Shown here in pieces: positions 54,354 through 63,917 of a stretch of 64,000 bases of DNA. The position numbers and the translations under genes are program-made. This stretch comes from Paracoccaceae bacterium (GTDB lineage Bacteria; Pseudomonadota; Alphaproteobacteria; Rhodobacterales; Rhodobacteraceae), in the NCBI GenBank assembly GCA_051646105.1, contig JBOFCO010000234.1, positions 14,000 through 77,999 on the forward strand. Direction: 5' to 3'. The notes under the pieces were generated by a model. That model made no database searches, was not told the origin of the DNA, and saw nothing but the letters and a program-made list of their open reading frames with translations. The stretch's first letter is position 1, and every line of letters begins with the position of its first letter.

Positions 54354-56504
54354 TTGACCAAGAAAATTGCCTTTCTGCTGATTGCCGCTGCCCTGCTGGG
54401 GGCTTTCTGGTGGCTGTCCGGTCAGAATCTCGATCTGGCGGGCCTGCGGGAAAGGCTGACCGCCGTCGAGGACTGGCGTCAGTCACGACCGCTGACCTTT
54501 GCCACCCTGTTCTTTGCCGGTTATGTCGCCATCACGGCGCTGTCGCTGCCGCTGGCCGTCTGGATGACGCTGGCCGCCGGCGCGCTGTTCGGATTCTGGC
54601 AGGGACTTGTGCTGGTGTCCTTTGCCTCGACCATCGGGGCGACGCTGGCCTTTCTGGCCGCGCGGTATCTGTTGCGCGACTGGGTTCGCGGGCGGCTGGG
54701 CACGCGCACCAAGGGGATCGAGGACGGCCTGCACCGCGACGGGCCGTTCTATCTGTTCACGCTGCGGCTGATCCCGGTGGTGCCGTTTTTTGCCGTCAAC
54801 CTGGTTATGGGGCTGACGCCGATGCGGGCGGCAACATTCTACCTTGTTTCGCAGGCGGGAATGCTGGCCGGGACGGCGGTCTATGTGAATGCGGGCACGC
54901 AGCTTGCACGGCTCGACAGCCTGTCGGGGCTCGTCTCCCCCGCGATGCTGGCATCTTTCGCAGCCCTGGGTCTGTTTCCCTGGCTCGCGCGGCTGGTGCT
55001 GGGCGCGGTCCGGCGCCGCAAGGTCTATGCGCGATGGAAAAGGCCCGCGAAATTTGACCGCAACCTGATCGTCATCGGCGCAGGCGCGGCGGGACTGGTT
55101 TCCAGCTATATCGCCGCTGCGACGAAGGCGAAGGTGACGCTGGTCGAGGCAGGCGAGATGGGTGGTGATTGCCTGAATTTCGGCTGCGTGCCGTCAAAGG
55201 CGCTGATCCGCAGCGCGAAACTGGCCCACCAGATGCGGCATGCTGATCGCTATGGCCTTGCCCCCAAAGACCCGCCGGTTCCTTTCGCTCAGGTCATGGA
55301 AAGGGTGCACGGCGTCATTTCCGAAATCGCGCCGCATGACTCCGTCGAACGCTATACCGGGTTGGGGGTGGAGGTCCTGAAAGGACGCGCTCGTCTGATC
55401 GATCCGTGGACCGTGGAAATCGCGCTGAATGACGGCGGCACACAGCGCCTGACCACGCGCGGCATTATAATCACCACCGGGGCCGCGCCCTTTGTACCGC
55501 CGCTGCCGGGGCTGGCGGACGTGGGGTATCTGACATCGGACACCATGTGGCAGGCGCTGCGCCACCACAATGCTGCACCGAAGCGGTTGGTGATGCTGGG
55601 CGGCGGCCCGATCGGCTGCGAGCTTGTGCAGGCCTTTGCCCGGCTTGGGTCGGAGGTAACACAGGTGGAAATGGCCCCGCGTCTGATGATGCGCGAGGAT
55701 GAGGAGGTTTCAGCGCTGGTCAGGTCCGCGCTGGAAGCCGATGGCGTAAAGGTGCTGACAGGACACCGGGCGTTGGCCTGTGGCCTGAGCGACGGGGAAA
55801 GGTGGATCGAGGTGGAGACCGGTGTCGACCGCCAGCGCATCGCCTTTGACGAGATCATTGTCGCCGTGGGCCGCGCCCCGCGCCTGCAAGGCTTCGGGCT
55901 GGAGGAGTTGGGTATTCCTGTCGGGCGCGTTGTCGAAACCAACGAATACCTTGAAACGCTTTACCCCAACATCCTCGCGGCAGGCGATGTGGCCGGACCA
56001 TACCAGTTTACCCATGCCGCCAGTCATCAGGCGTGGTTCGCCACGGTCAACGCACTGTTCGGCGGCATCAAGCGGTTCAAGGTTGATTACCGGGTGATCC
56101 CCTGGGCTACATTCACCGACCCGGAAGTGGCCCGTGTCGGGCTGTCAGAGGCAGAGGCGGCGGAGCAGGGTATCGCGGTCGAAGTAACACGCTATGGCAT
56201 CGACGACCTTGACCGGGCGATTGCAGATGGTTCGGCCAAAGGTTTCGTGAAGGTGCTGACGCCGCCCGGCAAGGACCGTATCCTTGGCGTGACCATCGTC
56301 GGCGAACATGCGGGCGATCTGCTGGCGGAATTCGTGCTGGCGATGAAGCACGGGCTGGGGCTGAAAAGGATACTGGGCACGATCCACATCTATCCGACGC
56401 TGGCCGAGGCGAACAAATACGCTGCGGGGGAATGGCAGCGGGCACATGTGAACCCGCGCCTGCTGCGCGTCGTCGAGCGCTATCATGGGTGGAGACGCCG
56501 ATGA
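54354..56504 (+). CDS. Fusion protein: N-terminal TVP38/TMEM64 (DedA-superfamily) membrane domain plus C-terminal class-I pyridine-nucleotide-disulfide oxidoreductase (mercuric-reductase/dihydrolipoamide-dehydrogenase-like)
   Basis: About 230 aa of membrane helices with the DedA-like LRLIPVVPFFAVNLVMGLT segment. Then LIVIGAGAAGL (FAD), GGDCLNFGCVPSKAL (redox-active CxxxxC), LVMLGGGPIGCE (NAD) and the C-terminal HIYPTLAE interface motif. TTG start as in the ORF track. Confidence 0.8.
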   Translation: MTKKIAFLLIAAALLGAFWWLSGQNLDLAGLRERLTAVEDWRQSRPLTFATLFFAGYVAITALSLPLAVWMTLAAGALFGFWQGLVLVSFASTIGATLAFLAARYLLRDWVRGRLGTRTKGIEDGLHRDGPFYLFTLRLIPVVPFFAVNLVMGLTPMRAATFYLVSQAGMLAGTAVYVNAGTQLARLDSLSGLVSPAMLASFAALGLFPWLARLVLGAVRRRKVYARWKRPAKFDRNLIVIGAGAAGLVSSYIAAATKAKVTLVEAGEMGGDCLNFGCVPSKALIRSAKLAHQMRHADRYGLAPKDPPVPFAQVMERVHGVISEIAPHDSVERYTGLGVEVLKGRARLIDPWTVEIALNDGGTQRLTTRGIIITTGAAPFVPPLPGLADVGYLTSDTMWQALRHHNAAPKRLVMLGGGPIGCELVQAFARLGSEVTQVEMAPRLMMREDEEVSALVRSALEADGVKVLTGHRALACGLSDGERWIEVETGVDRQRIAFDEIIVAVGRAPRLQGFGLEELGIPVGRVVETNEYLETLYPNILAAGDVAGPYQFTHAASHQAWFATVNALFGGIKRFKVDYRVIPWATFTDPEVARVGLSEAEAAEQGIAVEVTRYGIDDLDRAIADGSAKGFVKVLTPPGKDRILGVTIVGEHAGDLLAEFVLAMKHGLGLKRILGTIHIYPTLAEANKYAAGEWQRAHVNPRLLRVVERYHGWRRR

Positions 56505-57139
56505 TCGACGCCCTTCTTCTGCCCGCGCAGCGCCAACTGCTGTCCTATCCGGCACGTCTGCTTGCAAGGCGGGGCATTTCGGCAGATCACATCACACTGG
56601 CGGGTTTCGGGGTTGGTCTGCTGACCCTGCCTGCCCTGGCCTTCGGTGCCTATGCCCTTACTCTGGGGCTGATGGCCCTGAACCGGCTGGCCGACGGGCT
56701 GGACGGGGCTGTTGCGCGCGAAACCGGCACGACGGATCGGGGCGCATTTCTGGACATATCGCTCGACTTCCTGTTTTACGCGATTTTTCCGTTGGGTTTC
56801 GCGCTGGCCGATCCCACCACCAACGCATTGCCCGCCGCCATTCTGATCGCGGCCTTTGTCGGAACAGGGTCGTCCTTCCTTGCCTATGCCGTGATTGCAG
56901 CGAAGCGGGGAGAGATCGCCGCGCGCTATCCGATGAAGGGCATCCATTACCTTGGCGGGCTGACCGAAGGGTTCGAGACCATCGCAATTTTCACCGCCAT
57001 GTGCCTGTTCCCTGCGATGTTCCCCATACTCGCGTATATCTTCGCTGCCGCCTGCGCAGTGACCACCGGCTTTCGCTGGTATCGCGGCTGGCTTGCCTTT
57101 ACCGATCCGACCATGACCAACCGACCGGAGTCAGAATGA
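56501..57139 (+). CDS. CDP-alcohol phosphatidyltransferase-family membrane protein (YnjF-like)
   Basis: DGLDGAVARETGTTDRGAFLDISLDFLFY fits D-G-x2-A-R-x7,8-G-x3-D-x3-D. 212 aa. The ATG at 56501 overlaps the upstream stop. Confidence 0.8.
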   Translation: MIDALLLPAQRQLLSYPARLLARRGISADHITLAGFGVGLLTLPALAFGAYALTLGLMALNRLADGLDGAVARETGTTDRGAFLDISLDFLFYAIFPLGFALADPTTNALPAAILIAAFVGTGSSFLAYAVIAAKRGEIAARYPMKGIHYLGGLTEGFETIAIFTAMCLFPAMFPILAYIFAAACAVTTGFRWYRGWLAFTDPTMTNRPESE

Positions 57140-58320
57140 AATTTCCCTTTCTTGCCGTGCTCGCTGCAACCCTTGCCAACCCTGCATTTGCCGATTGGCA
57201 GGCAACACTTGATGCCGCACGTGGCCAGACGGTGTATTTCAATGCCTGGGGCGGGGATGCACGTACCAATGCCTTCATCGAATGGGTCAATACCCAGACA
57301 GAGGCGCAATTCGGCGTCAAGGTCGAGCAGGTGAAGCTGACCGACACCGCAGAGGCGGTGACGCGAGTCATTTCGGAAAAGGCCGCAGGCGTGAACGATG
57401 GTGGTACGGTCGACCTTATCTGGATCAACGGGCCCAATTTCCTGACGATGAAGGAACAGGGGCTGCTGCACGGGCCTTTCGTGGCCGACCTGCCGAATGC
57501 GCGTTACCTTGATCTTGCGGGGAACGCCCCGGCTGCGGTCGATTTCACCGTGCCGGTCGACGGCATGGAAAGCCCCTGGCGGCTGGCAAAGTTCGTGATG
57601 ATCCATGACAGCGCGCGCTTGCCGGAACCGCCGCGCAGCATGGCGGCACTGGGCGAATGGGTGGCAGCGCATCCTGGGCGCTTCACCCACCCGGAACCGT
57701 CGAACTTCATGGGAGCGACATTCCTGAAACAGGCGCTGATCGAACTGGCCCCCGATCCCGCGTTGTTGCAACAGCCGGTGACAGAGCAAAGCTTTGCCGC
57801 CGCAACCGCACCGTTCTGGACCTGGTATGACCGGCTGAAACCGAACCTGTGGCGGGGCGGCGAGACATTTCCGGAAAACCAGTCAGTCCAGGAACAGCTT
57901 CTGAACGATGGAGAGGTGGACATCGCCATGTCCTTCGATCCGACATCGACCGCCGCAGGGATCGCGCAGGGGCTGCTGCCGGAAACCGCGCGGGTCTTCG
58001 TGCCGGAAACGGGCAGCATTGGCAATGTCAGCTTTGTCGCCATACCGTTCAACGCCGCGCACAAGGACGGTGCGATGGTGGTTGCGAACTTCCTGCTGGA
58101 CCCGGCCACACAGGCGCATATGCAGGATATAGAGGTTCTGGGCAGCTATTCGGTGTTGGATATGGGCAAGCTGGACGACGGGGCAAAGGCCGCCTTTGCC
58201 GCTTTGCCGACTGCCCCGGCGTTGCCAACGGTTGAACAGCTTGGCCCGACGCTGCTGGAACCCCATGCAAGCTGGATGACACGGCTGACCGAGGAATGGG
58301 CAAGACGTTACACAAAATAG
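57136..58320 (+). CDS. ABC transporter periplasmic substrate-binding protein (YnjB-like)
   Basis: Signal peptide MKFPFLAVLAATLANPAFA, then GQTVYFNAWGGDARTNAFIEWV, which I recognise as YnjB-type. The ATG at 57136 overlaps the upstream stop (ATGA). It is the C-terminal 394 aa of artefactual ORF 56485..58320. Confidence 0.7.
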   Translation: MKFPFLAVLAATLANPAFADWQATLDAARGQTVYFNAWGGDARTNAFIEWVNTQTEAQFGVKVEQVKLTDTAEAVTRVISEKAAGVNDGGTVDLIWINGPNFLTMKEQGLLHGPFVADLPNARYLDLAGNAPAAVDFTVPVDGMESPWRLAKFVMIHDSARLPEPPRSMAALGEWVAAHPGRFTHPEPSNFMGATFLKQALIELAPDPALLQQPVTEQSFAAATAPFWTWYDRLKPNLWRGGETFPENQSVQEQLLNDGEVDIAMSFDPTSTAAGIAQGLLPETARVFVPETGSIGNVSFVAIPFNAAHKDGAMVVANFLLDPATQAHMQDIEVLGSYSVLDMGKLDDGAKAAFAALPTAPALPTVEQLGPTLLEPHASWMTRLTEEWARRYTK

Positions 58321-60008
58321 GCGCCGGGGATCGCGGGCTGCGGGGCGTTGTGCTGGGGATCGCGGGGATTGGGCTGATCGGCCCCATAGCCCTCGGCTTC
58401 CTTGAAACCGCGCGTGCGGCTTTCGGCATATTTCCGGCTTTGGGGCATGAAGCGTTGTCGCTTGATCCATGGCGGCAACTTTTTGCCCTGCCCGGGTTTG
58501 CGACCAGCCTGCGACTGACGCTGATCACGGGCTTTGGGTCCACGCTGATCGCGCTGGTGCTGGCGGTCGCTGTCTGTGCGGCGTTGTTCGGCAAGGGCGG
58601 ATTGAACCGGCTGGCGCGGGGCATTGCGCCGCTGCTGGCCATTCCCCATGCCGCGATGGCGGTCGGGCTGGTGTTCGTTCTGTCACCGTCGGGATGGATC
58701 GCCCGGCTGGTCGCACCATGGGCTGGCTGGACCGTGCCGCCAGACCTTGCCAGCGTGAACGATGCCAATGGCCTGGCCCTGATGCTGGGACTGGTGGTCA
58801 AGGAACTGCCGTTCCTGCTGCTGGTGATGGTCGCCGGACTGGGCCAGATTGACGCCACCCGGCAGATCGCGGCAGCGCGCGCGCTGGGCCATGCGCGGGC
58901 TGCGGCATTCATCAAGGTGGCCCTGCCACAGCTTTGGCCGATGATCCGGCTGCCGGTCTGGGTGGTGCTGGCCTATGCGCTGTCTGTGGTCGATATGGCA
59001 CTGATCCTTGGTCCATCGAACCCGCCGACGCTGGCGGTGGCCGTGACACGCTGGTTCACCGACCCGCAGGCGGCGCTGATCCTGCCTGCCTCTGCCGGGG
59101 CGCTGCTGCAGGCGCTGGTGGTGGTGGCGGGTATACTTTTGTTGTGGCTGCTGGAACGGTCGGTAGGATGGTTTGGTCTGTTCTGGTTGCGGCAGGGGGG
59201 ACGGGGGCAGGCGCTGTCACGGTTGCTGCATCTGACGGCGGGGTGGGCAGGGCTGCTGGCAAACCTTTCATTGCTTGCCATGATCGCGCTGCTGGTCTGG
59301 TCGCTGGCCTGGCGATGGCCCTGGCCGATGATCCTTCCCGAAAGCTGGTCTTTGGCTGTGTGGAGCGGGGGTGACGGCTGGTTGCGTGCGCTCGGCCATA
59401 CGCTGGTGTTGGCAGGGGTGACAGTTACACTTTCCCTGCTGCTCGCCATCGCCTGGCTGGAAAGCGAGGATCGCGCCCGCCGGGGCAGCGCGGGGTGGGC
59501 GCAGGCGCTGATTTATCTGCCGCTGATCCTGCCACAGATCGGTTTCCTGTACGGGTTGAACGTTGCATTTCTTAGCGCGGGTGTGGCTGGTGGAATGGCG
59601 GCGGTCGTCTGGGCGCAGACGCTGTTCGTCTTTCCCTATGTGATGATTGCCCTGTCCGACCCGTGGCGGGCGCTGGACCGGCGGATGGTGCAGGCCGCCG
59701 CCGGACTGGGCGCCGGGCCCTGGCGCAGGCTGGTCGCCCTGAAGCTGCCGATGCTGCTGCGTCCGATCCTGACTGCGGCGGCGATCGGTGTTGCCGTGTC
59801 GGTCGCGCAATATCTGCCGACGCTGTTCATGGGGGCGGGCCGTATCCCCACCCTGACGACTGAGGCCGTGACGCTTTCCTCGGGCTCCGACCGGCGCGTG
59901 ACAGCGGTTTATGCAACCCTGCAGGCGGTGGTTCCACTTGTCGCCTATCTGGCGGCGGCGATGATTCCGGTCGTGATCCACCGCAACCGTCGCGGGTTGT
60001 GGTCATGA
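58296..60008 (+). CDS. ABC transporter permease with two fused transmembrane modules (YnjC-like)
   Basis: 570 aa, about 12 helices in two similar halves. The start (58296) overlaps the SBP gene end and may lie slightly downstream. Confidence 0.8.
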   Translation: MGKTLHKIGAGDRGLRGVVLGIAGIGLIGPIALGFLETARAAFGIFPALGHEALSLDPWRQLFALPGFATSLRLTLITGFGSTLIALVLAVAVCAALFGKGGLNRLARGIAPLLAIPHAAMAVGLVFVLSPSGWIARLVAPWAGWTVPPDLASVNDANGLALMLGLVVKELPFLLLVMVAGLGQIDATRQIAAARALGHARAAAFIKVALPQLWPMIRLPVWVVLAYALSVVDMALILGPSNPPTLAVAVTRWFTDPQAALILPASAGALLQALVVVAGILLLWLLERSVGWFGLFWLRQGGRGQALSRLLHLTAGWAGLLANLSLLAMIALLVWSLAWRWPWPMILPESWSLAVWSGGDGWLRALGHTLVLAGVTVTLSLLLAIAWLESEDRARRGSAGWAQALIYLPLILPQIGFLYGLNVAFLSAGVAGGMAAVVWAQTLFVFPYVMIALSDPWRALDRRMVQAAAGLGAGPWRRLVALKLPMLLRPILTAAAIGVAVSVAQYLPTLFMGAGRIPTLTTEAVTLSSGSDRRVTAVYATLQAVVPLVAYLAAAMIPVVIHRNRRGLWS

Positions 60009-60640
60009 CGCTGGACCTGCGCAATCTTTCGGTTTTCCTTTCTGATGGGACAACGGTCTTTGATCCCTTGTCGCTTTCGATCAGCCCTGGACAGGTAGCC
60101 ACGGTGATGGGGCCTTCCGGCGCGGGAAAGTCGACGCTGCTCGACGCGATTGGCGGGCATCTGGCGCCGGGCCTGCGGATGTCTGGCACAATAGGATTGA
60201 ACGGGCGCGACCTGACCACACAGCCCGCCGAGAAACGTCGCATCGGCATCCTTTTTCAGGACGCGCTTCTGTTCCCGCATCTGTCTGTGGGGGACAATCT
60301 GGCGTTTGGGCTTAGGCCCGGTGTGAAAGGGCGCATGGCGCGGCGCGCGGCGGTGGATGCGGCGCTGGATCAGGCGGGGCTGAAGGGTTTCTATGCCCGC
60401 GATCCGGCCACCTTGTCCGGCGGGCAGAAAACGCGCGCCGCGCTGATGAGAACCCTGCTGGCCGAACCGCAGGCGCTGCTTCTGGACGAGCCGTTTTCAA
60501 GACTGGATGCGGGACTGCGGGCCGGGATTCGTGCCTTTGTGCTGGACCATATTCGCACCCGTGCCATTCCCGCGCTACTGGTCACCCACGATGGTGCCGA
60601 TGCCGAAGCGGCGGGCGGGCAGGTGGTGCGGATCGGCTAA
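60005..60640 (+). CDS. ABC transporter ATP-binding protein (YnjD-like)
   Basis: Walker A GPSGAGKSTLL, signature LSGGQKTRAAL, Walker B LLLDEPFS. The ATG at 60005 overlaps the permease stop (ATGA). Confidence 0.85.
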   Translation: MTLDLRNLSVFLSDGTTVFDPLSLSISPGQVATVMGPSGAGKSTLLDAIGGHLAPGLRMSGTIGLNGRDLTTQPAEKRRIGILFQDALLFPHLSVGDNLAFGLRPGVKGRMARRAAVDAALDQAGLKGFYARDPATLSGGQKTRAALMRTLLAEPQALLLDEPFSRLDAGLRAGIRAFVLDHIRTRAIPALLVTHDGADAEAAGGQVVRIG

Positions 60641-61026
60641 AGGCTGCTCCACAGGACCAGGATCAGAAACACGCCCGTGCCCAGCATCATGCAGGCAACG
60701 GCAAAAGACCCCAGATCCTTGGCGTGCTTGGCAAATTCGGCCCAGCCGGGTGACACGTGGTCGACAACCTCCTCTATGGCGGTGTTGATCGCCTCGGCCG
60801 CGACGACCATCAGATACAGGATGATAAATCCTGCATGGCCCCATGCGGGTGCCCCGATCAGCACAAAGACCGCCAGAATGATCGCCGCGGCCAGTGTTTC
60901 GTGCCGGAACGCGGTTTCGCGCCACAGCCTGCGGCAGCCATCCAGCGAATAGCGGGCGGCCGCCAACAGATGCGACAGACCCGTCACACGATCGGGGCGG
61001 GAATTGCCGGAAGCAGGGTCTTTCAT
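60637..61026 (-). CDS. dgkA: Diacylglycerol kinase (DgkA family)
   Basis: AAARYSLDGCRRLWRETAFRHE...AAEAINTAIEEVVDHVSP...AKDLGSFAV is the DgkA pattern. Start at aa 28 of ORF 60637..61107. Confidence 0.8.
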   Translation of the reverse strand: MKDPASGNSRPDRVTGLSHLLAAARYSLDGCRRLWRETAFRHETLAAAIILAVFVLIGAPAWGHAGFIILYLMVVAAEAINTAIEEVVDHVSPGWAEFAKHAKDLGSFAVACMMLGTGVFLILVLWSSL

Positions 61027-61135
61027 TACAGCCTGTCCTTTGGATGCCTGCATGACCTTAGCCGTCCTGTCCGCAGGGCCGCAAGCCGGTGGCGTTCGGG
61101 CTAGCATTTCACGGCGTCTCTGCTATGGCGCGGGG

Positions 61136-61786
61136 ATGACCGGCTTTACTTATGCCCCGCCCGACGAACCGCTGCGCATCCTTCACCGTGACGCGCATCT
61201 TCTGGTGCTGGACAAGCCTGCCGGGCTGCTGTCGGTGCCGGGCAAGGGCGATCATCTGGCGGATTGCATGATCGCCCGCGCGCAGGCAGTTTTTCCCGAG
61301 GCGCTGCTTGTCCACAGGCTAGATCTTGACACATCGGGCGTGATCGTCTTTGCGCTGACCCGCCATGCGCAGCGGCATCTCGGGCTGGCCTTTGAAACCC
61401 GACAGACGAAAAAGGTTTATGTCGCGCGATTGTGGGGAGAGTTGCAGCCAAAGGAGGGGCGCGTCGACCTGCCGCTGTGCGTCGACTGGCCGAACCGGCC
61501 CCGGCAGCATGTTGATCCGGTGAACGGCAAGCCTGCGCAGACCGACTGGCGCGTGCTGCGGCACGAAGACGGCACGACCCGCGTGCGGCTGTATCCGGTG
61601 ACGGGGCGCAGCCACCAGTTGCGCGTGCACATGCTGTCACTGGGCCACCCGATCCTGGGCGATCCGCTATACGCAACGGGCGCGGCGCGTGAGTTTCCCA
61701 GGCTGATGCTGCATGCCGAAAGCTTGCGCTTTCGCCACCCGGAAAGCGGGGTGGGCATGACGTTTTCGGCGGCTTGCCCGTTCTGA
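61136..61786 (+). CDS. RluA-family pseudouridine synthase
   Basis: LLVLDKPAGLLSVPG and the catalytic HRLDLDTSGVIVFA motif. 216 aa from MTGFTYAPPDE. Confidence 0.85.
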   Translation: MTGFTYAPPDEPLRILHRDAHLLVLDKPAGLLSVPGKGDHLADCMIARAQAVFPEALLVHRLDLDTSGVIVFALTRHAQRHLGLAFETRQTKKVYVARLWGELQPKEGRVDLPLCVDWPNRPRQHVDPVNGKPAQTDWRVLRHEDGTTRVRLYPVTGRSHQLRVHMLSLGHPILGDPLYATGAAREFPRLMLHAESLRFRHPESGVGMTFSAACPF

Positions 61787-61828
61787 TCCCCCGGCATTCA
61801 GGCGAACACCGGGGGGTACTGTTGGCTG

Positions 61829-63004
61829 TCAGATGCGTTCGATGGCCAGCGCGATGCCCTGCCCGCCGCCGATGCACATGGTGACGATGGCGCGCTTGCC
61901 GCCGGTGCGTTCCAGTTCATACAGCGCCTTGACGGTCAGGATCGCCCCGGTTGCGCCAACCGGATGGCCCAGTGCGATGGCCCCGCCGTTCGGATTGACC
62001 TTTGCCGGATCAAGCCCCAGCCCCCGGCTGACAGCCAGTGCTTGCGCTGCGAAGGCTTCGTTCGACTCGATCAGGTCGAAATCCGCAATGCTCAGTCCGG
62101 TGCGCGCCAGAAGCTGCTGCACCGCAGGAACAGGGCCTATGCCCATGATGTCTGGCCGCACGCCCGCAACCGAATAGCCCAGAACGCGGGCCCGTGGCTT
62201 CAGCCCGGCCTTTTGCGCCGCCTCGGCACGGGCAAGCACCAGCGCGGCCGCCCCGTCGTTGATGCCCGACGCATTGCCTGCCGTCACGCTGCCGTCTTTC
62301 TGAAAGGCGGGGCGCAGGCCGGCCAGCGCCTCGGCCGTCGTCGCCTTGGGATGTTCATCGGTATCGAAGGTCACCGGCCCCTTGCGGCTGGCGATTTCAA
62401 GCGGCGCGATCTGGTCCTTGAACCGGCCTTCGGCTATGGCGCGGGCTGCGCGGTTCTGGCTTTCCAGCGCAAAGGCATCCTGATCGGCGCGGCTGATGGT
62501 GTTTTCACGGGCGACGTTTTCCGCTGTCACACCCATATGCCCCGTGCCGAACGGGCAGGTCAGCGTACCGACCATCATGTCCACCGCTTTCGTATCGCCC
62601 ATTTTCTGGCCGAAGCGCGCGGCAGACAGGGCATAGGGTGCGCGGCTCATGCTTTCAGCGCCGCCCGCCAGACCGAAGTCGGCATCGCCCAGCATCAGCG
62701 ACTGCACCACCGAAACCACCGCCTGCGCGCCCGAGCCGCACAGCCGGTTGACATTCATCGCGGGTGCTGTGTCGGGCACGCCCGCCTCGATGGCTGCAAC
62801 ACGACCCAGATACATGTCACGCGGTTCCGTATTGATGACATGGCCAAAGACGACATTGCCGATCTGTCCGCCCTCGACACCCGCGCGTTCCAGCGCCGCC
62901 TTTGCCACATGCGCACCCAGGGCCGTGGGTGGAATGCTGGCCAGCGAACCGCCGAAGCCGCCAATGGCGGTGCGCGCACCGCTCAGGATCACGATATCTG
63001 TCAT
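61829..63004 (-). CDS. Acetyl-CoA C-acetyltransferase (thiolase II)
   Basis: MTDIVILSGARTAIGGFGGSL, active-site NRLCGSGAQAV and C-terminal CIGGGQGIA. 391 aa. Confidence 0.9.
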   Translation of the reverse strand: MTDIVILSGARTAIGGFGGSLASIPPTALGAHVAKAALERAGVEGGQIGNVVFGHVINTEPRDMYLGRVAAIEAGVPDTAPAMNVNRLCGSGAQAVVSVVQSLMLGDADFGLAGGAESMSRAPYALSAARFGQKMGDTKAVDMMVGTLTCPFGTGHMGVTAENVARENTISRADQDAFALESQNRAARAIAEGRFKDQIAPLEIASRKGPVTFDTDEHPKATTAEALAGLRPAFQKDGSVTAGNASGINDGAAALVLARAEAAQKAGLKPRARVLGYSVAGVRPDIMGIGPVPAVQQLLARTGLSIADFDLIESNEAFAAQALAVSRGLGLDPAKVNPNGGAIALGHPVGATGAILTVKALYELERTGGKRAIVTMCIGGGQGIALAIERI

Positions 63005-63088
63005 GCTGTCCCTCACTCCCGTTGATCTGCAAGTCTCTTCCACGGGAAAGTGGAAACGCCACCGTGCATCAGGTCAAGCGGATTCGAC

Positions 63089-63910
63089 TTAGGTCGAAGA
63101 TGTTAACGTAATCAGGGTGATTTCCGGGGGCTGCCGCCAGCGAAGCGGCACGCCGGAATAGCCGATGCCGCCCGATACGACCAGATGCCGCCCGGCCTCC
63201 TGCACATGCCCCCAGGCATAGCGGTCGCCATGTTCCGACGGCACGACAAGGCGGCGGCCGAAAGGCCGGATCTGCCCGCCATGAGTGTGACCGGAGATTT
63301 GTAGCAGCGCGCGATCGTGGCCTTCGGCGAAAATGTCCGGTTCATGTGCCAGCAGCAGGGCCGGGGCATCGTCCGATACCCAGGAAAGAGCGGCGGCATA
63401 ATCGTCAAATCCAGGTTTGCGCGCGGGTCTCAGTGCCATGCGGCTGTCCAGCCCCATCAGCCAGAAATGCCCGTCGCCGTGGGATATCCGCCTGCTTTCG
63501 TTGCGCAACAGTGGCAGCCCAAGACCATGATGGGCGGCAATCACAGAATTCTCACGAAAGTCCGTGCGCCGCGACACCGTGCAATCCCACCAGTCGTGGT
63601 TGCCCATAATTGACCACACGCCGCAAGTGGCCCGCAGAGCCATAAGCGGCGTCAGGATTTGCTCGGCGGTATATCGGCGGGCAGGCACATTGCGGTCGGC
63701 AAGGTAATCGCCGCCCAGCACGATCAGATCGGGCAGGCTGGCATTGACGCGCGCCACCAGCCCGCGCAGCCGGGAAAGGGTCGTCCACGGCGCGCAGGCG
63801 TGCAGGTCAGACAGCACGGCGATTTTCAGGGGTGGCAGGGTCCATCCGGGATGATGAACATCGTGACGGTGCAGAACCGCCCGGCTGCTGACGCTGGCGG
63901 GCCAGATCAT
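63089..63910 (-). CDS. Calcineurin-like metallophosphoesterase
   Basis: SDLHA, GGDY, GNHDWW and GHTHGG motifs in the canonical order. Confidence 0.8.
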   Translation of the reverse strand: MIWPASVSSRAVLHRHDVHHPGWTLPPLKIAVLSDLHACAPWTTLSRLRGLVARVNASLPDLIVLGGDYLADRNVPARRYTAEQILTPLMALRATCGVWSIMGNHDWWDCTVSRRTDFRENSVIAAHHGLGLPLLRNESRRISHGDGHFWLMGLDSRMALRPARKPGFDDYAAALSWVSDDAPALLLAHEPDIFAEGHDRALLQISGHTHGGQIRPFGRRLVVPSEHGDRYAWGHVQEAGRHLVVSGGIGYSGVPLRWRQPPEITLITLTSST

Positions 63911-63917
63911 TGTGGTG

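Noticed and set aside
56485-57135. N-terminal 217 aa of the 611-aa ORF 56485..58320
   Set aside because: This part is an alternative frame across the CDP-alcohol phosphatidyltransferase gene. The real product starts at the signal peptide MKFPFLAVL (57136).
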